NCBI GenBank assembly: GCA_050273025.1
Contig: CP158635.1
Coordinates: forward strand, 10,788,001-10,852,000
Length of the DNA stretch: 64,000 bases
Direction of reading: 5' to 3'
Source: Cenococcum geophilum
Taxonomy: Eukaryota
In this document: in pieces, positions 35,454-47,100 of the stretch
How the letters are laid out: every line of letters begins with the position of its first letter
Position numbering within the stretch: position 1 is the stretch's first letter
Made by a program: the position numbers and the translations under genes
The notes under the pieces: generated by a model
The model's input: the letters and a program-made list of their open reading frames with translations, nothing else
Told to the model about the DNA's origin: nothing
Databases searched by the model: none

Positions 35454-38350
35454 TCAAGTAAACTTGACTTCGTTAAATAAACTCGCCCTCACTTGCAACA
35501 GGGCAACAAGTTCCAAAACAAACTCTTGTAAAATGACCACATTCGTAATGATGTGACTTAAACTAGCCTCTCTGATGTCATCCTCATCTTCAGTCTCACC
35601 ATTCACCGACGCGATTGCATCAGATCGTTCTTTGGTGGGTTCAAATGTTTTGCTGTGCACTAACTTAATCTCACGTCCACCTTGGAGTCTTCGGAATTTG
35701 ATTCTTTTCTTCAAAGCCTCTGCATCCGCAATCTCCGCTAGGTTGCTAAAAACATCCGCCATGAGGGTTGTTTGGCGCTGCTGAACCCTTGGGATAGGAG
35801 AGAGTGTGCGCGAAGGGGCCGGAGAGCTAACCAGAGTTTGACCGCCAAGTTTCGATGAAGGTGCTGGAGATGCAGTAGGTGTATGCCTCAGATCTAAGCC
35901 TTCTTTCCGGCCTCGTGGAGACTGCGAACGTGAAGGGGTATTGGAACTATCGAGAACGTGTTTGGGGATCTGCGGAGTCCAAGTACCTGGAGGTAGTTCT
36001 ACCGACCGACGGGTAGATTGCGGCTGTGTTGGTGTTGATCTCATTGCTTCACTAATGTCTTCATGCACACGGAATGCTTGCTTCCGATTTGCGACATGCT
36101 GGTCAAAATCCGGAACGTTGGTTCGCAGTTGATCGAGTTGCGATTGCAAAGATTGGAGGCAAGCAAGCAGAGAAGGCGTGTGTTGAATGGCCCAAGATGG
36201 CTGACGACTTGCTCTGGCCATATTGACAAGGTAGTCGTCCTCAGTCTCAATGCCGCCGCCTTGATCAGAGACAGGCGTAAATTGGTACTTTGAAGGTTCA
36301 ACAGCGAGCCAGCCTTCTAGGCGTAATTGTGCGCAAGCACCAAGAGTCACAAAAGCCTCGGTTAACCCAAGATTTGTCTCAACGTCGTTTGTGAGGAACC
36401 GTAGGAGTAATTCTAGCAATGACTTTAAGAGAGGATCTTCAGGAATTAAATGGTGGAGATCAACATCTCGTGGACCGTCGACGGCAAGGTAGTCAGTGTT
36501 CGACGTTCCTGTATTGGGTAGAGTCAACAGGCGTAATGAGCAAGGATGGTTTTCCAATAGAGCGAGCGTATCCTTTACATGACTATCATACGCTTCATCC
36601 ACACCTATCTCCCCTGCCAAAGACATCGCAAGAGAAAGATATGCTTCCATTTCAGCATTTAGAGCACCGACAGTCCGTTGTGGCTCTTTGATATGAATAT
36701 CAACGGCTTTTAACAAGGTCCCAACGGCATAATTATGGTTTTTACTGAGGATGACAGTGGTTAATTTTAAAGCTGCGATAACGGTTTGCGGGTTCTTTGA
36801 TTCAGTGCTAGTGAGAATGAGATCGACTAGATTAAAAAGAGAGGGGTTCAGCCTATCGTCGTCATCCTCGGGTTGAGTGAGCAGCATCAAGGACATTCGG
36901 CGTTTAGCAGCTACAGGGGAGCGTTGAGTTCTTGACCTCGTCTCCGCCGGATCAGGAAGAGCAAGTAGATAGTGTAGGATCATGTGCACCAACTCTGGGT
37001 GATCTAGCGAATCAAGTATGCGTCGGAGATAAGTTAGAACTGCTACAGAAGAGCCACCATCAACATCTGAAGACTCTAACAACGAGGGATACCTGAAATG
37101 CGTTAGTGTATTTTGACAATAATGTGGTTCATTCTTACAGTAGCTGCTGAAGAAATAAGACTTGAAAATGGTCGATCAGGGTTTGTCTAACGTCGATAGA
37201 TCTGCAATGCTCAAGGACATCTTGCCAAAATGTCAAGTAGGAGAGAAAGGTATCCATATGTATTTGAAAGTCTGGAGAAAATAGGCTCTCAGCTTGTGAG
37301 GAATTGTGCATTTCTCCATAATCAGAAAGGGTCAAAATAATAGGTAAGTCTTTTCCAGGGTGGAGAATTGATAATTTCCTAGTGTAGATTAGGACTGGCG
37401 AAAAAATTAAGGTCGATGAATGCAAACCTGCTAAGTTGACTGTACAAGGCTCCGAGTCCGCTTGCCATAAGGGTGGGAAGATCGCTACCAACTATCCACT
37501 GTTCTAGATCCTGTGATTTAGATGCCGATTCAAAAATATAGAGCAGGCCAGTCCGAGCAAAATCTCCAATTCGGCCTTCATGGTGGACATGGTCAATCAG
37601 CTGATAGCACAAAGGAAAATCTTCCTTCTGCGTGACGCCAGCAAAATTGACTTTCTGATTTATTGACTGTCCATCGGTATCCTTTGCATGAGAGGTGAAC
37701 CACACTGGCAGTATTTCCGGTTGTAACCTGATTTTCGCTGATATCCCAAATAAAAGCTCTACAATCTCCGCTTCCGTATCTTCCCCGACTACCATACTAC
37801 CAGATCCGACTATTCGTCCGATGAAGGTCATGAGCGCTTGCGCAAACTGGTCGCTCTCAAGAAAGTCTTCCTCTTCGCTGTCGATAAGTGCTCCGAAAAC
37901 AGCAACAGCGTCTTTAACGATCCCCTCATTGTATGCCGTTGAAGCTATCTTAGAGACTGCAATGTAAATCTGAGAGGAGGCAGAAAATGACAGGCAGAGA
38001 TGAGGCGCTGGCGAACGAGATTCATCGTTAAGTATAGAGGTGAGTCGTTGGAAGGAAGCTCGAATGCTCTCGACGGCTTGAGCATCGGATGCCAAAGAGG
38101 ATGTTTTATGCCATGTTTGCTATTTCATGGTTAGCCTTACGTCTCTTTTAATGGAGTTGTGTATCTGGGCGGACGGACAAGAATTTGGCTGTAAACCCGC
38201 TTGAAGCGTGCCAGGCGCTGCGGCGGGTTGTTCGCTGTCGACTGTTTTTTCTGAGTCCCGACACCGGCGATCAATCGCGCCCACTAGGAGAAATTTTTGT
38301 GAGTATTTGAGAGATAATTTAGACGCTATAATTTAGCTTACAAAGTCCAT
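35454..38350 (-). CDS. fhipA: FHIP/FAM160 (RAI16-like) FTS-Hook-interacting protein homologue, multi-exon
   Basis: Spliced start MDF|WARLIAG; HHEGRIGDFARTGLLYI, LMASGLGALYSQL, FLQQLLYPSLLESSDVDGGSSVAVLTYLRRIL, NVVILQEFVLELVALLQVRA. Confidence 0.85.
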
Positions 38351-38831
38351 AGCAACGTGCTATCTACAGTCCATCGTCACTTCAGTTGCTTTCGGGGGAA
38401 AGATTAACGTGTTCCTGTTCGGTTTGCGGAGCTACCGCCATATCCCCGGAGTTGTTGCAGAACGTCCTAAAACGAGATTTGAGAACGAAGTGAAACCTTT
38501 GAGGTAATATGCTTATATGCACTATACCACAACATTATCTGTCGCTAGGTATATTGATATATCTTTTTATTAAATTGAACTTGAAATCCTACTTTCGGTC
38601 ACGTGATTACATATAAATTTACCAAAACGGACGCTATTCATCTGAAAACTACCTCAAAGGAAGCACATCCTTTTACGAGAACCTTAAAATACTCCGTTCG
38701 GGCAGCAGTGCGGGAATTGGGGGTGAGGTAAATAAACAGTTGACCATAATCGAGCAAGCTCTACGATGTCTCGCATGGATATCTCTAATACTACAATTAA
38801 TTCACGTCGTCGTGTAACTAATGATATATCC

Positions 38832-40469
38832 TCATCCCAGCCGGACCCTCCTCCATATACGGAGACACTCCTGTAAGTCTGATACCACACTCCCCGTAGG
38901 CTCTGTGGCAGTGTTTTTAATTACGAAAAGCACACAGGACGCAAGAGCGAAAAGCACTTGCGACTCTTTCACAGCCTGGAAATGCGTCTTTGCCATGCCG
39001 CCACTCTGCGTCCAAGTCTTCCACTGATCCAAAATCATAGATATCGCTTTGGCAAAGCCCTCACTTTGAACCATGCCAAACAAAATCTGTTCCACGAGAG
39101 CAGCGATAGTCGTAGTCTCCTTGACATACCCTTTGCCAATAAGCCACTTGCGATTAGCTTCAGCGACGACCGCAATACCAAGTTTCCGGGAAGTCATAGC
39201 TTCTGTCATCTCTTGCTCCTTGCGTCTCTCTTCTAATAACCGCCGCCTCCTATGCTCGTTGTGGAAATCAATAGCCTCCTGCTGGACGCGTTTCCTGCGC
39301 GCAGCTTCCCGCTGGTCAGGCGGCAGCCGCATCTCTTCCTGGATTCTCCGAGCCTGCTCCGTAAATTTAACGTGCCGTTCGAATTGATCGGCCTGGCTGT
39401 CGTGTGGTGTTCGCCAAGCTGGGACTTCATCGTCAGCCACGACTCCCATAAGAACCATCACGCCGCAGGGAACAGTTTCTCGTCGCGCGACTGCCAGGAT
39501 ATCGTCTGGGATAGCGAAACTCCATAGACCGCCTTGAGGTGCGCCAAGAGCAGTTGCAGCGCATGAGAACCAAAAGCTCGAGTTGCAACAGTCGCTGCCA
39601 TCGCGTTTATCGTGGAGATGTGGAAGCGCAAGTTTGTGTTTTGGCTCATCTTCCCGGTAGGCTTCATCTATACCGGAGGACCCAATTCGTAGTCGAACAG
39701 TAGAGCCATGGTTCGAGTATAACGAATTGGTTTCGCTATCCCGTTCACTGTCATCCTCAAGAATACCCTCTTTTTCTTCTTTACTCGCTTGAGTCTCCTT
39801 GTCCTCCAAAGCTAGCAAAACGTTATCCCCTTTTTGCGGAGGTCTTATCCGTGTCCAGTAAGGCGGTAAGGAATTGCAATTCCTCCGATCCCATTCTTTC
39901 TTCCAATTCAGCGACAATGATAGTATGCCATCAGAGTCATCTGAAGTTGCAACAATGAGTACAGCATCCGCTGTAGTTGGTGCGAGTAGCAGCTTTGTTC
40001 CAGCAGGCGTCCAAAGTCCGGAATTTCTCAGATCGCTGAATCCAGCTTGACTCGGCACTGCTCCTCTATCAAGCAGGAACGCAACGAGATGTTCAAAATC
40101 TATTTCCGCCTGCGGTTGACTCAACTCGTCATGATATTGTAGCCTGTACGCTTTGACTCCGATTACCATCTCTTTCCAGTTGAATATCGTCCAACTACCG
40201 CCTTTCAGGCTCGAAGGCGACTTCGAAAGCTCGAAATAGGGAGGGTCGGAGCGGTCGAGGGGTGTAATGCTGCGCCGAGGTATCTCGATTTCGACAATGC
40301 CGGAGAGGAGAGTGCTTCGAGTAATCGCCGTGACACCATTCTTGTGGAGGGTTCGCTGGATTTCCCGTAGGGTCAAACCACTCTTGAGAACCGTGTATAT
40401 TGTAGGAAGAACCCCTAGCACTGCTAGGGGAACACCTACGTAGGTGATCGCGTCGACGGCGGAGACCAT
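38832..40469 (-). CDS. Conserved-looking fungal hypothetical protein (545 aa) with N-terminal hydrophobic segment and charged coiled coil
   Basis: Long single-exon ATG ORF; ITYVGVPLAVLGVLP hydrophobic stretch; R/E-rich helix. Confidence 0.8.
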   Translation of the reverse strand: MVSAVDAITYVGVPLAVLGVLPTIYTVLKSGLTLREIQRTLHKNGVTAITRSTLLSGIVEIEIPRRSITPLDRSDPPYFELSKSPSSLKGGSWTIFNWKEMVIGVKAYRLQYHDELSQPQAEIDFEHLVAFLLDRGAVPSQAGFSDLRNSGLWTPAGTKLLLAPTTADAVLIVATSDDSDGILSLSLNWKKEWDRRNCNSLPPYWTRIRPPQKGDNVLLALEDKETQASKEEKEGILEDDSERDSETNSLYSNHGSTVRLRIGSSGIDEAYREDEPKHKLALPHLHDKRDGSDCCNSSFWFSCAATALGAPQGGLWSFAIPDDILAVARRETVPCGVMVLMGVVADDEVPAWRTPHDSQADQFERHVKFTEQARRIQEEMRLPPDQREAARRKRVQQEAIDFHNEHRRRRLLEERRKEQEMTEAMTSRKLGIAVVAEANRKWLIGKGYVKETTTIAALVEQILFGMVQSEGFAKAISMILDQWKTWTQSGGMAKTHFQAVKESQVLFALASCVLFVIKNTATEPTGSVVSDLQECLRIWRRVRLG

Positions 40470-40831
40470 TGAGTTGTACCCTCTGCCACAGCGGAGACGG
40501 TTTTAGGCAATGAGGGGTGTGGCATGGTAGGCAGAATAGAACGCGATGCGGCTGACGGGTGATTTGCTCACGCAGGGGGCTGTTTTAGCGATAATGACCG
40601 AGGCACGTGAACGCGCGACAGAGAGTACTTCTCCAAACATTATTCTGGCAACACCCTTGTGTAAAAGCCACTTTTCGTCAACATTATTGCTATGTAATGA
40701 TATTGGTGCCTAGATTAGGCAACCAGGGTAAACAAGAGTCGCAACGGAGCTACCGGGCATGAACATGGGACAAGGCGGCACTAGCGTGTGGTTATTTCGG
40801 CGTCGCGCTAACATTCTACACCACCCTGGTG

Positions 40832-40986
40832 CATCCGGTTGAAAGCGCGTGTTGATCTTGGTCAAACGGCAGAGTTTATACCTTTTAAAGTAATACGCAC
40901 AGCCATTTCAATGTATTTTTACCTTTTTTTAGGTGTAAATCTACGCGTTTTGATTAGCGTGATCAACATGCGCTTTCAACCGGATG
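40832..40986. mobile_element. 155-bp Tc1/mariner-type MITE
   Basis: ~26-bp TIR CATCCGGTTGAAAGCGCGTGTTGATC / GATCAACATGCGCTTTCAACCGGATG, extending imperfectly inward; flanked by TG and TA (one TA copy altered). Confidence 0.75.
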
Positions 40987-41208
40987 TATATCTCTTCCGT
41001 GACTGCTAGTACGTATTGGACTTACCACTAAAAGCTACCACACAAATCAGAAAGGTTAATGAGGGAACCGCAAAACGACGGATAATTAGTCACTAACAGC
41101 TTGTAGCCTAATAGTGTCTCTCAACTATGAATTCGATTTGATTTTAGTATAAAGTCTCATCTTGCTCCTTCACAGCCAGATTTCCTACATCATCTCAACA
41201 TCTTCATC

Positions 41209-43344
41209 ATGGTGTTAGAACGAACAGGCCGCATCAAGCTCCCTGGCTTCGGTCTACCTGTCAACACTATGGGCGATGAATTCTCAAAGTGGGATTCGGA
41301 GAAGCGGGTGCATCCACGTAATCGTTTTCCTAATGTTATCATGGACAGGGAAGCCAACCCGGTGACAGTGAGGGAACGCTTGATGACTTACTTCATTAAC
41401 ACCACCACAGATAAGCCGGAGTGGGATTGGAAGGTGTTTGATGAAGAGATTGTTAATAGGTGGCGGAACGAGGCTCTTTTTCCGGATACTGGATACTTTT
41501 CGGAGCAGATGTTTGATTATGTGAGTTTTGCTATGAAAGTCTAGCTACCCCAACAACACCCCCAATCCCTCAATATCTCAATAGCGAGTCTCGAAGTTAG
41601 TTCAATTTTCTTTGTATAATTTATACTTCGACATCCGTTTTGGTTGGCTTCCAATCTCAGAGGTTTTGCTCTTGAGTATAAGTCCTAGTAGCTCCATTCT
41701 ATTAACACAATTCATTTGGAATGTGGCACCCGTTACCATTACATCCTAACAAAACATATAGTGCATCGCAGAGCTCCGTGACAAAGCCAAGAGGTTCGAG
41801 ACAACCAACACAATCCCCGTTTTCGACACAGACGCTGCTGTCATCAAGACCGACACTACCATTCCCTCCGAATTAGTCCAAGCTCTTAAAGACGCCGTTA
41901 GACCTCTTGAGAACATATCTGAACACCACAGAGACTGGCTCCAATGGTCGGATAAGAAGGTTCTTGATCTCGTCCATCCATCACTATTCCCACTTATCTA
42001 CGGCCGTACGAGAGTTTTGCCAACTGGCACAGTGGGATTGGAGAATTGCATTGAAAGCTGTGGCAAAGGAGATATTATCGGAGTCCCCGCGGAAGAAGAA
42101 CCTCAGAGCCGTCCTTGGCATCATTCTTACTGGTCAACCCGGTACCAGTGGCTGCCATGTGATGTTAAATTTATAGAGGGTGATGCTGTCAGAATTACCA
42201 GCTATATCAACAACTTGCATCCAGTCACGCATGCAAAGCTCTATTCTGTACTAGAGAAGATTATCCAGAGAGTTGTACCACTATGGAACGAAACATTATC
42301 CTGGTATGATTGCTTCAGCAGATTACGAATCAACGTCCAGGATTGTGAGTTCACACACGCAGAGAAGCAAGACAAGGCGGCTGCCGACATGGCGAATCCC
42401 TCTACGAAAGCAAGAACCTCTCCGATGAAAGAACATGACGAGGACAAGGAAGAGGAAGAAGGGGATGAAGACATTGACGGCGAAAACTCCGATGAGGGCA
42501 TGAATAGTGAGGACAGCGAAGACGAACGGCGCAGAACTCGCATCGTTTTCCAACCCGAACCACGGCCCTACACTCCCATTGCCGCAAAGCCCCACAGAAC
42601 TCCCATCAGTCTCTCTCAAGACTTCCAAGCCTCTGGCATCCAAATTTTCGTCAAACTAACGAACATACATCTAACACCAGAGAAGCCTACCTACGATGGC
42701 GGGGTATGGCACACTGAAGACCAGCTGAATGAGCGTATCTGCGCATCGGCGCTTTACTATTATGACCAAGACAACATCACCAACTCTATGCTTGAGTTTC
42801 GCCAAATGGTCTTTGACGAGGATATTATGGGGGATGATGCTTATAAAAAGGTACAAAGCCTTGCATCTTTCCCTTCCAATCTTACTTCTTACGTCTCGTG
42901 CTATTATAGGAAGGCTACGTCGATGTTGAGGATATTTTTGATGTCGGGCTAGGCAGACCATGTCCCCAGGAGATTGGCCGCATCCTCACGCGCGAGGGAA
43001 GACTGATAACCTTCCAAAACGTCCTCCAGTGCCGCGTTGCGCCCTTCGAACTTATCGACGAAAGCAAACCTGGACATTGCAAGATCCTCGCTCTATTCCT
43101 TGTCGACCCAAATATGCGAATCCTGTCGACTGCAAATGTACCACCGCAGCAAAAGCAGTGGTGGGCGGACGCAATAGTACAGGGCAACGAGCGACTTGGC
43201 AAACTGCCGCCCAAGTTGATGGCCCAGGTTGTGGATGGTGTGGATGACTTCCCGATTAGTCTGGAGGAGGCGAAGGAGATTAGAGAACAGTTACGAAGGG
43301 CCGTTATCTCAGTAAGCGACTCAGATGGCAAGAGCAGAGCGTAA
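41209..43344 (+). CDS. DUF4246-like protein (2OG-Fe(II) oxygenase-like fold), 3 exons, possibly degenerate
   Basis: Exons 41209-41520, 41762-42850 and 42910-43344; VLDLVHPSLFPLIYG, YQWLPCDV, ITSYINNLHP, Y.GG.WH.E.QLNE.ICASALYYYD, ILALFLVDP, STANVPPQQ. Confidence 0.8.
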
Positions 43345-43524
43345 GGCGCACTCACTAATACTAAAGTGTCACTAGTCTCTGCCTAGGAAACATCACTTTC
43401 TTTTAACCAATCAGCTGTCTGATAGCATTAAGTCTGCCCTGCCGTCTGAGGGCCTATGGTGTGAGTTTTGGTGAGGCACGACTTCAATTTTCGCAATTTT
43501 GTAGAGTTGTGGCCTGTGCGCGCG

Positions 43525-44127
43525 ATCTATCCGGTTGGGCGGATAATAATCCTATCCGAGGATAACCCGGATATCGGATAATATCCGGATAATATCTAGA
43601 TATCCGCAAAAATTTAACAACAGGGTTCTGTAGTGGGTGCTATAGAAATTATAAGTAGCGGGATTATAGGGCTTAATATTTGGCGTATAATAAAAATTCT
43701 TAGCCTATAGCGGCGGCAGTAGGAGCACTAGAGGGTGGGAATTAGATTGTGGAACTAGAGGATAAGGAATAGATAAAAGTTACTAAATTTAGACTGCTGG
43801 GTCTCCTCTCCTTTCTACTATTTTTATTTTATTTTATAGTATTTTATATAAAGAAAATCATAAATAAAGAGGTAGAAAGGAGATATCTAATTAGTAGGAA
43901 AGCTAAAGATATTTACTAAGGCTCTGCACCAAGCTCTATACGAGGCTTTCCCTAGGCCTTATTCTGCAGAGCTCTTATAAGTTTTATATCTATATAATAT
44001 CACTTATCCTTAGGATATTTAGATAAAAGTGGTACTATTTTAAAGCGCTTTACAAGCTCTATAAATCTATACTAATAGAAAATTTATTTATTTAATATTA
44101 GGGGGTGTATTATAAGTATAAGTATAT
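43525..44127. repeat. Repeat-like sequence with clustered ATCCG/GGATA motifs, possible DNA-transposon end; marks the onset of RIP
   Basis: Dense ATCC(G)/GGAT motifs at 43525-43607; the sequence is interrupted by the 44128 element and resumes at 50128. Confidence 0.35.
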
Positions 44128-47100
44128 TGTTAGCGGCTTAGTCAATCGAGGCATAGGCACGGCAAAAGGGACGCGCAAGCCTGTACGATTGGATTGTCTA
44201 TAAACGAGAATCTAAAGCTAAAGAAAGGAAAGGAGAAGAAGGGGAGCGCCGCTCGAAGCTATATACGATCCTCTAGTTACGTAACTACAACTATATAAAA
44301 CTATCTAAAATTGTCCGCTACAATCCACCGTTTTCCATCAGTGCTATAATATTACCCCACCCTCTAAAAAAGCCTGCCCTTAGGCTTTGTCGTTAAAAGT
44401 CTTAGTAAGAGAATCTAACTAATTAGATAACTTTAACCGCTGGTTAAAGTTCCTAGATATTTTAAGACCTTATATAACTAAGAAATTTCTAGGGTATTCT
44501 TGTCCTTATATTTTTCTAGTAGCTTATTATCTTTGTTATACTAGCATTCTATCTACTTATTTAGGTACTTTAGCGGTCTGGGTTTATTAGGGTAATAGCT
44601 ATAAAACTCCTAAAGCTTATAGGGACTACCTATAAAGTTCTATATAGGGTACTAAGTAGGGTCTAGGTTATATCCTTTCCAACTAATATAATACTTTAAC
44701 GTTCCCTTTATAAGTTTATAAGCCAGTATTTCTTTAATTTCCTATTTATTATCGCTATTAACTTAAATTAGTAGGGGAGGTTTATTCTTTTATCTAGGTA
44801 GTAGGTTATTTATAGCTTTTTATAGCTTATCTAGTAAGAAAATAAGGTAAACTTTAATTAAGTTTAGGAGCTTAACTTTATATAAGTTGCCTACTTTATT
44901 AAGAATCTTATACGGTTCTTCTATTTTATAGTCTAGCTTATAGCTAGGCCGTTCTATCTTTTAGTTCTTTATTATAACCTAGACTATATTACCTATAGTA
45001 AAGTTAGGCTCGCGCCTATACTTATTTACCTACTATTTTATTAATTTTTAGGCCTTTTTTAGGTTTATATAGGCTACTTTCTAGGCTTCTTCTAAGCGCT
45101 TAGCGTACTGCTAGGCTTCCTTATAAGATAGTTTTTCGCGTACGGTCTAGGGCCCTTTTAGTCTTTCCTAGTTAAAGCTTATATAGGGTAAGTAACCTAT
45201 TTCTAGTTAAATAGGGGCAAATCCGGTAGAGTTATAGGGTAGGGTTGCTTAGGCGTAGTCTATTAAGGGTAATAGTTTAGCCTAGTTATTCTAGAAGTAG
45301 TTAATAAAAGGCTAAAGTCTCTAGTCTAAGTATTAATTTATAATCTTCGTTTAACTATCTATCTAGGGGTAATATACTATAGAAAGCTTTAGCTTAATGC
45401 CTAAGATCTAGGTAAACTTATTCTAAAAGGCTAATATAAACTATAGCCTATAGTTGGATATAATAGTATCTAGTAGTCCATAAATTCGGTAAATGTAGTA
45501 AATATATAATTAGGCCGCCTCTTTAGTATTAATATTCTTATAATAGGGAATTAAAAATAGGCGCTTGCTAAAGCGGTTAACTAGGATTATAACTATATTA
45601 TATCCGTTACGGTCTAGAGGTAGCTTATAAAAGTCTATAAAGATATATTATTAGGGGCGGTTGGGTATTAAGAGGGGTTTTAATAGTCCTAGGGTCTTAT
45701 TTCGTAGAATTATAAACCTATAGTAGTTATTATAGTTCTGTATATAGCAGTTAATATTTATAATTATTCCGGGCCAGTAGTAGCGGTCGCTAATAATCTT
45801 ATAGGTTTTATTTTTTTTAGGGTAGGCCGTAGAGACCTAGGTATATACTTTGGCAATAAGCCAAGTCTATAAGTTCTGTTCCTCTATTACCACTAGCCGT
45901 TTATAGTGCTTAAGTAGTCTACTTTTAAGGGACTATAGGCTAGAAACATTCTTTGCCTTTTTATGGTACTTCTATAGAGAAGGGGCTGTACGGTTTACCT
46001 ATAGTAGTTTATTAATAAGGTCTAGTTCTATAAAGTTAATAGGGCATATCTTAGTATTTAAAGAGTCTGTATTTAGTTCTACCTATATTTAAGAGTTAAG
46101 GTGCTCTAGTTATAGTAGCGCTTAGGTCTATAATAAGATCTTTATAGCTATCTAGTTATTTATATCCTATTTACGCCTTATAAGAGCATCCGTACGGTTA
46201 GTAGCGCCTAGCTTATATATAATTAGGAAGTTAAACTAAAATAGGGTATCCGCCTAGTGCGCCTATTAGGCTATAAGGGCCTTTATTATTATAAAATATT
46301 CTAAGGCCTTATAATTAGAAACTACCTAGATAGACTTAGGGGTGCCTTCTAGTTAGGCTCGCTAGTGCTAAAAGCTAGAGATAATAGCTAGCATTTCTTT
46401 ATTATAAATTGGGTAGTTTAGCTTAGCATCTACTATAGTCTTTAAATAGTAAGCAATAGGGTACTATTCTCTGTTTATCTACTTTTGGGAGTAAACGCTA
46501 GCTATAATACTATCTAAGGCATTAGTTTCTAGCATTAAGGGCCATTCTAGGTTAAAGTGGGCGAGTAAGGGAGTAGAGGCTAGTCGTTTCTTAAGCTTAT
46601 TAAAGGCCTACCTATATACGGTATTAAAGTAAAAAGGCCGGTCCTTATAGGTAGGTAGGCTTAGTAGCTAGGTAATTTTGCTATAGTTTTTAATAAAGCG
46701 TCGGTAGAAGTTATAGAACTCTAAAAATAACTATACCCCCTTTACGGTTTTTAGGGGTACCTATTAGTTAATTACAGCCGTCTTTTTTAGGTCTACCTTA
46801 ATCCCGTTTATACTAATAATAAACCCTAGGTATTTTATATGCTTAACACTAAATTCTAACTTCTTAATATTAGCTTAGAGGCTAGCTTCCTAAAGCTGTT
46901 ATAGGACTTTATAGATATATTCTTTATATTCCAGTTTATTTTTAGAGTAGATTATAATATTATCTAGGTATACTATATAGAAGTTATTAAGGTAGTTAAA
47001 TAGTATATTATTTATATATCGTTAGTATATAGCCAGTTCGTTAGTTAGTCTAAAAGGTAGTACTTTATATTTATATGTTCCGTAATAGGTTTAAAATATA

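Noticed and set aside
22600..43600. Starship element carrying the gene island
   Set aside because: No DUF3435 tyrosine recombinase, no terminal direct repeats seen, and a core gene (FHIP) is inside.
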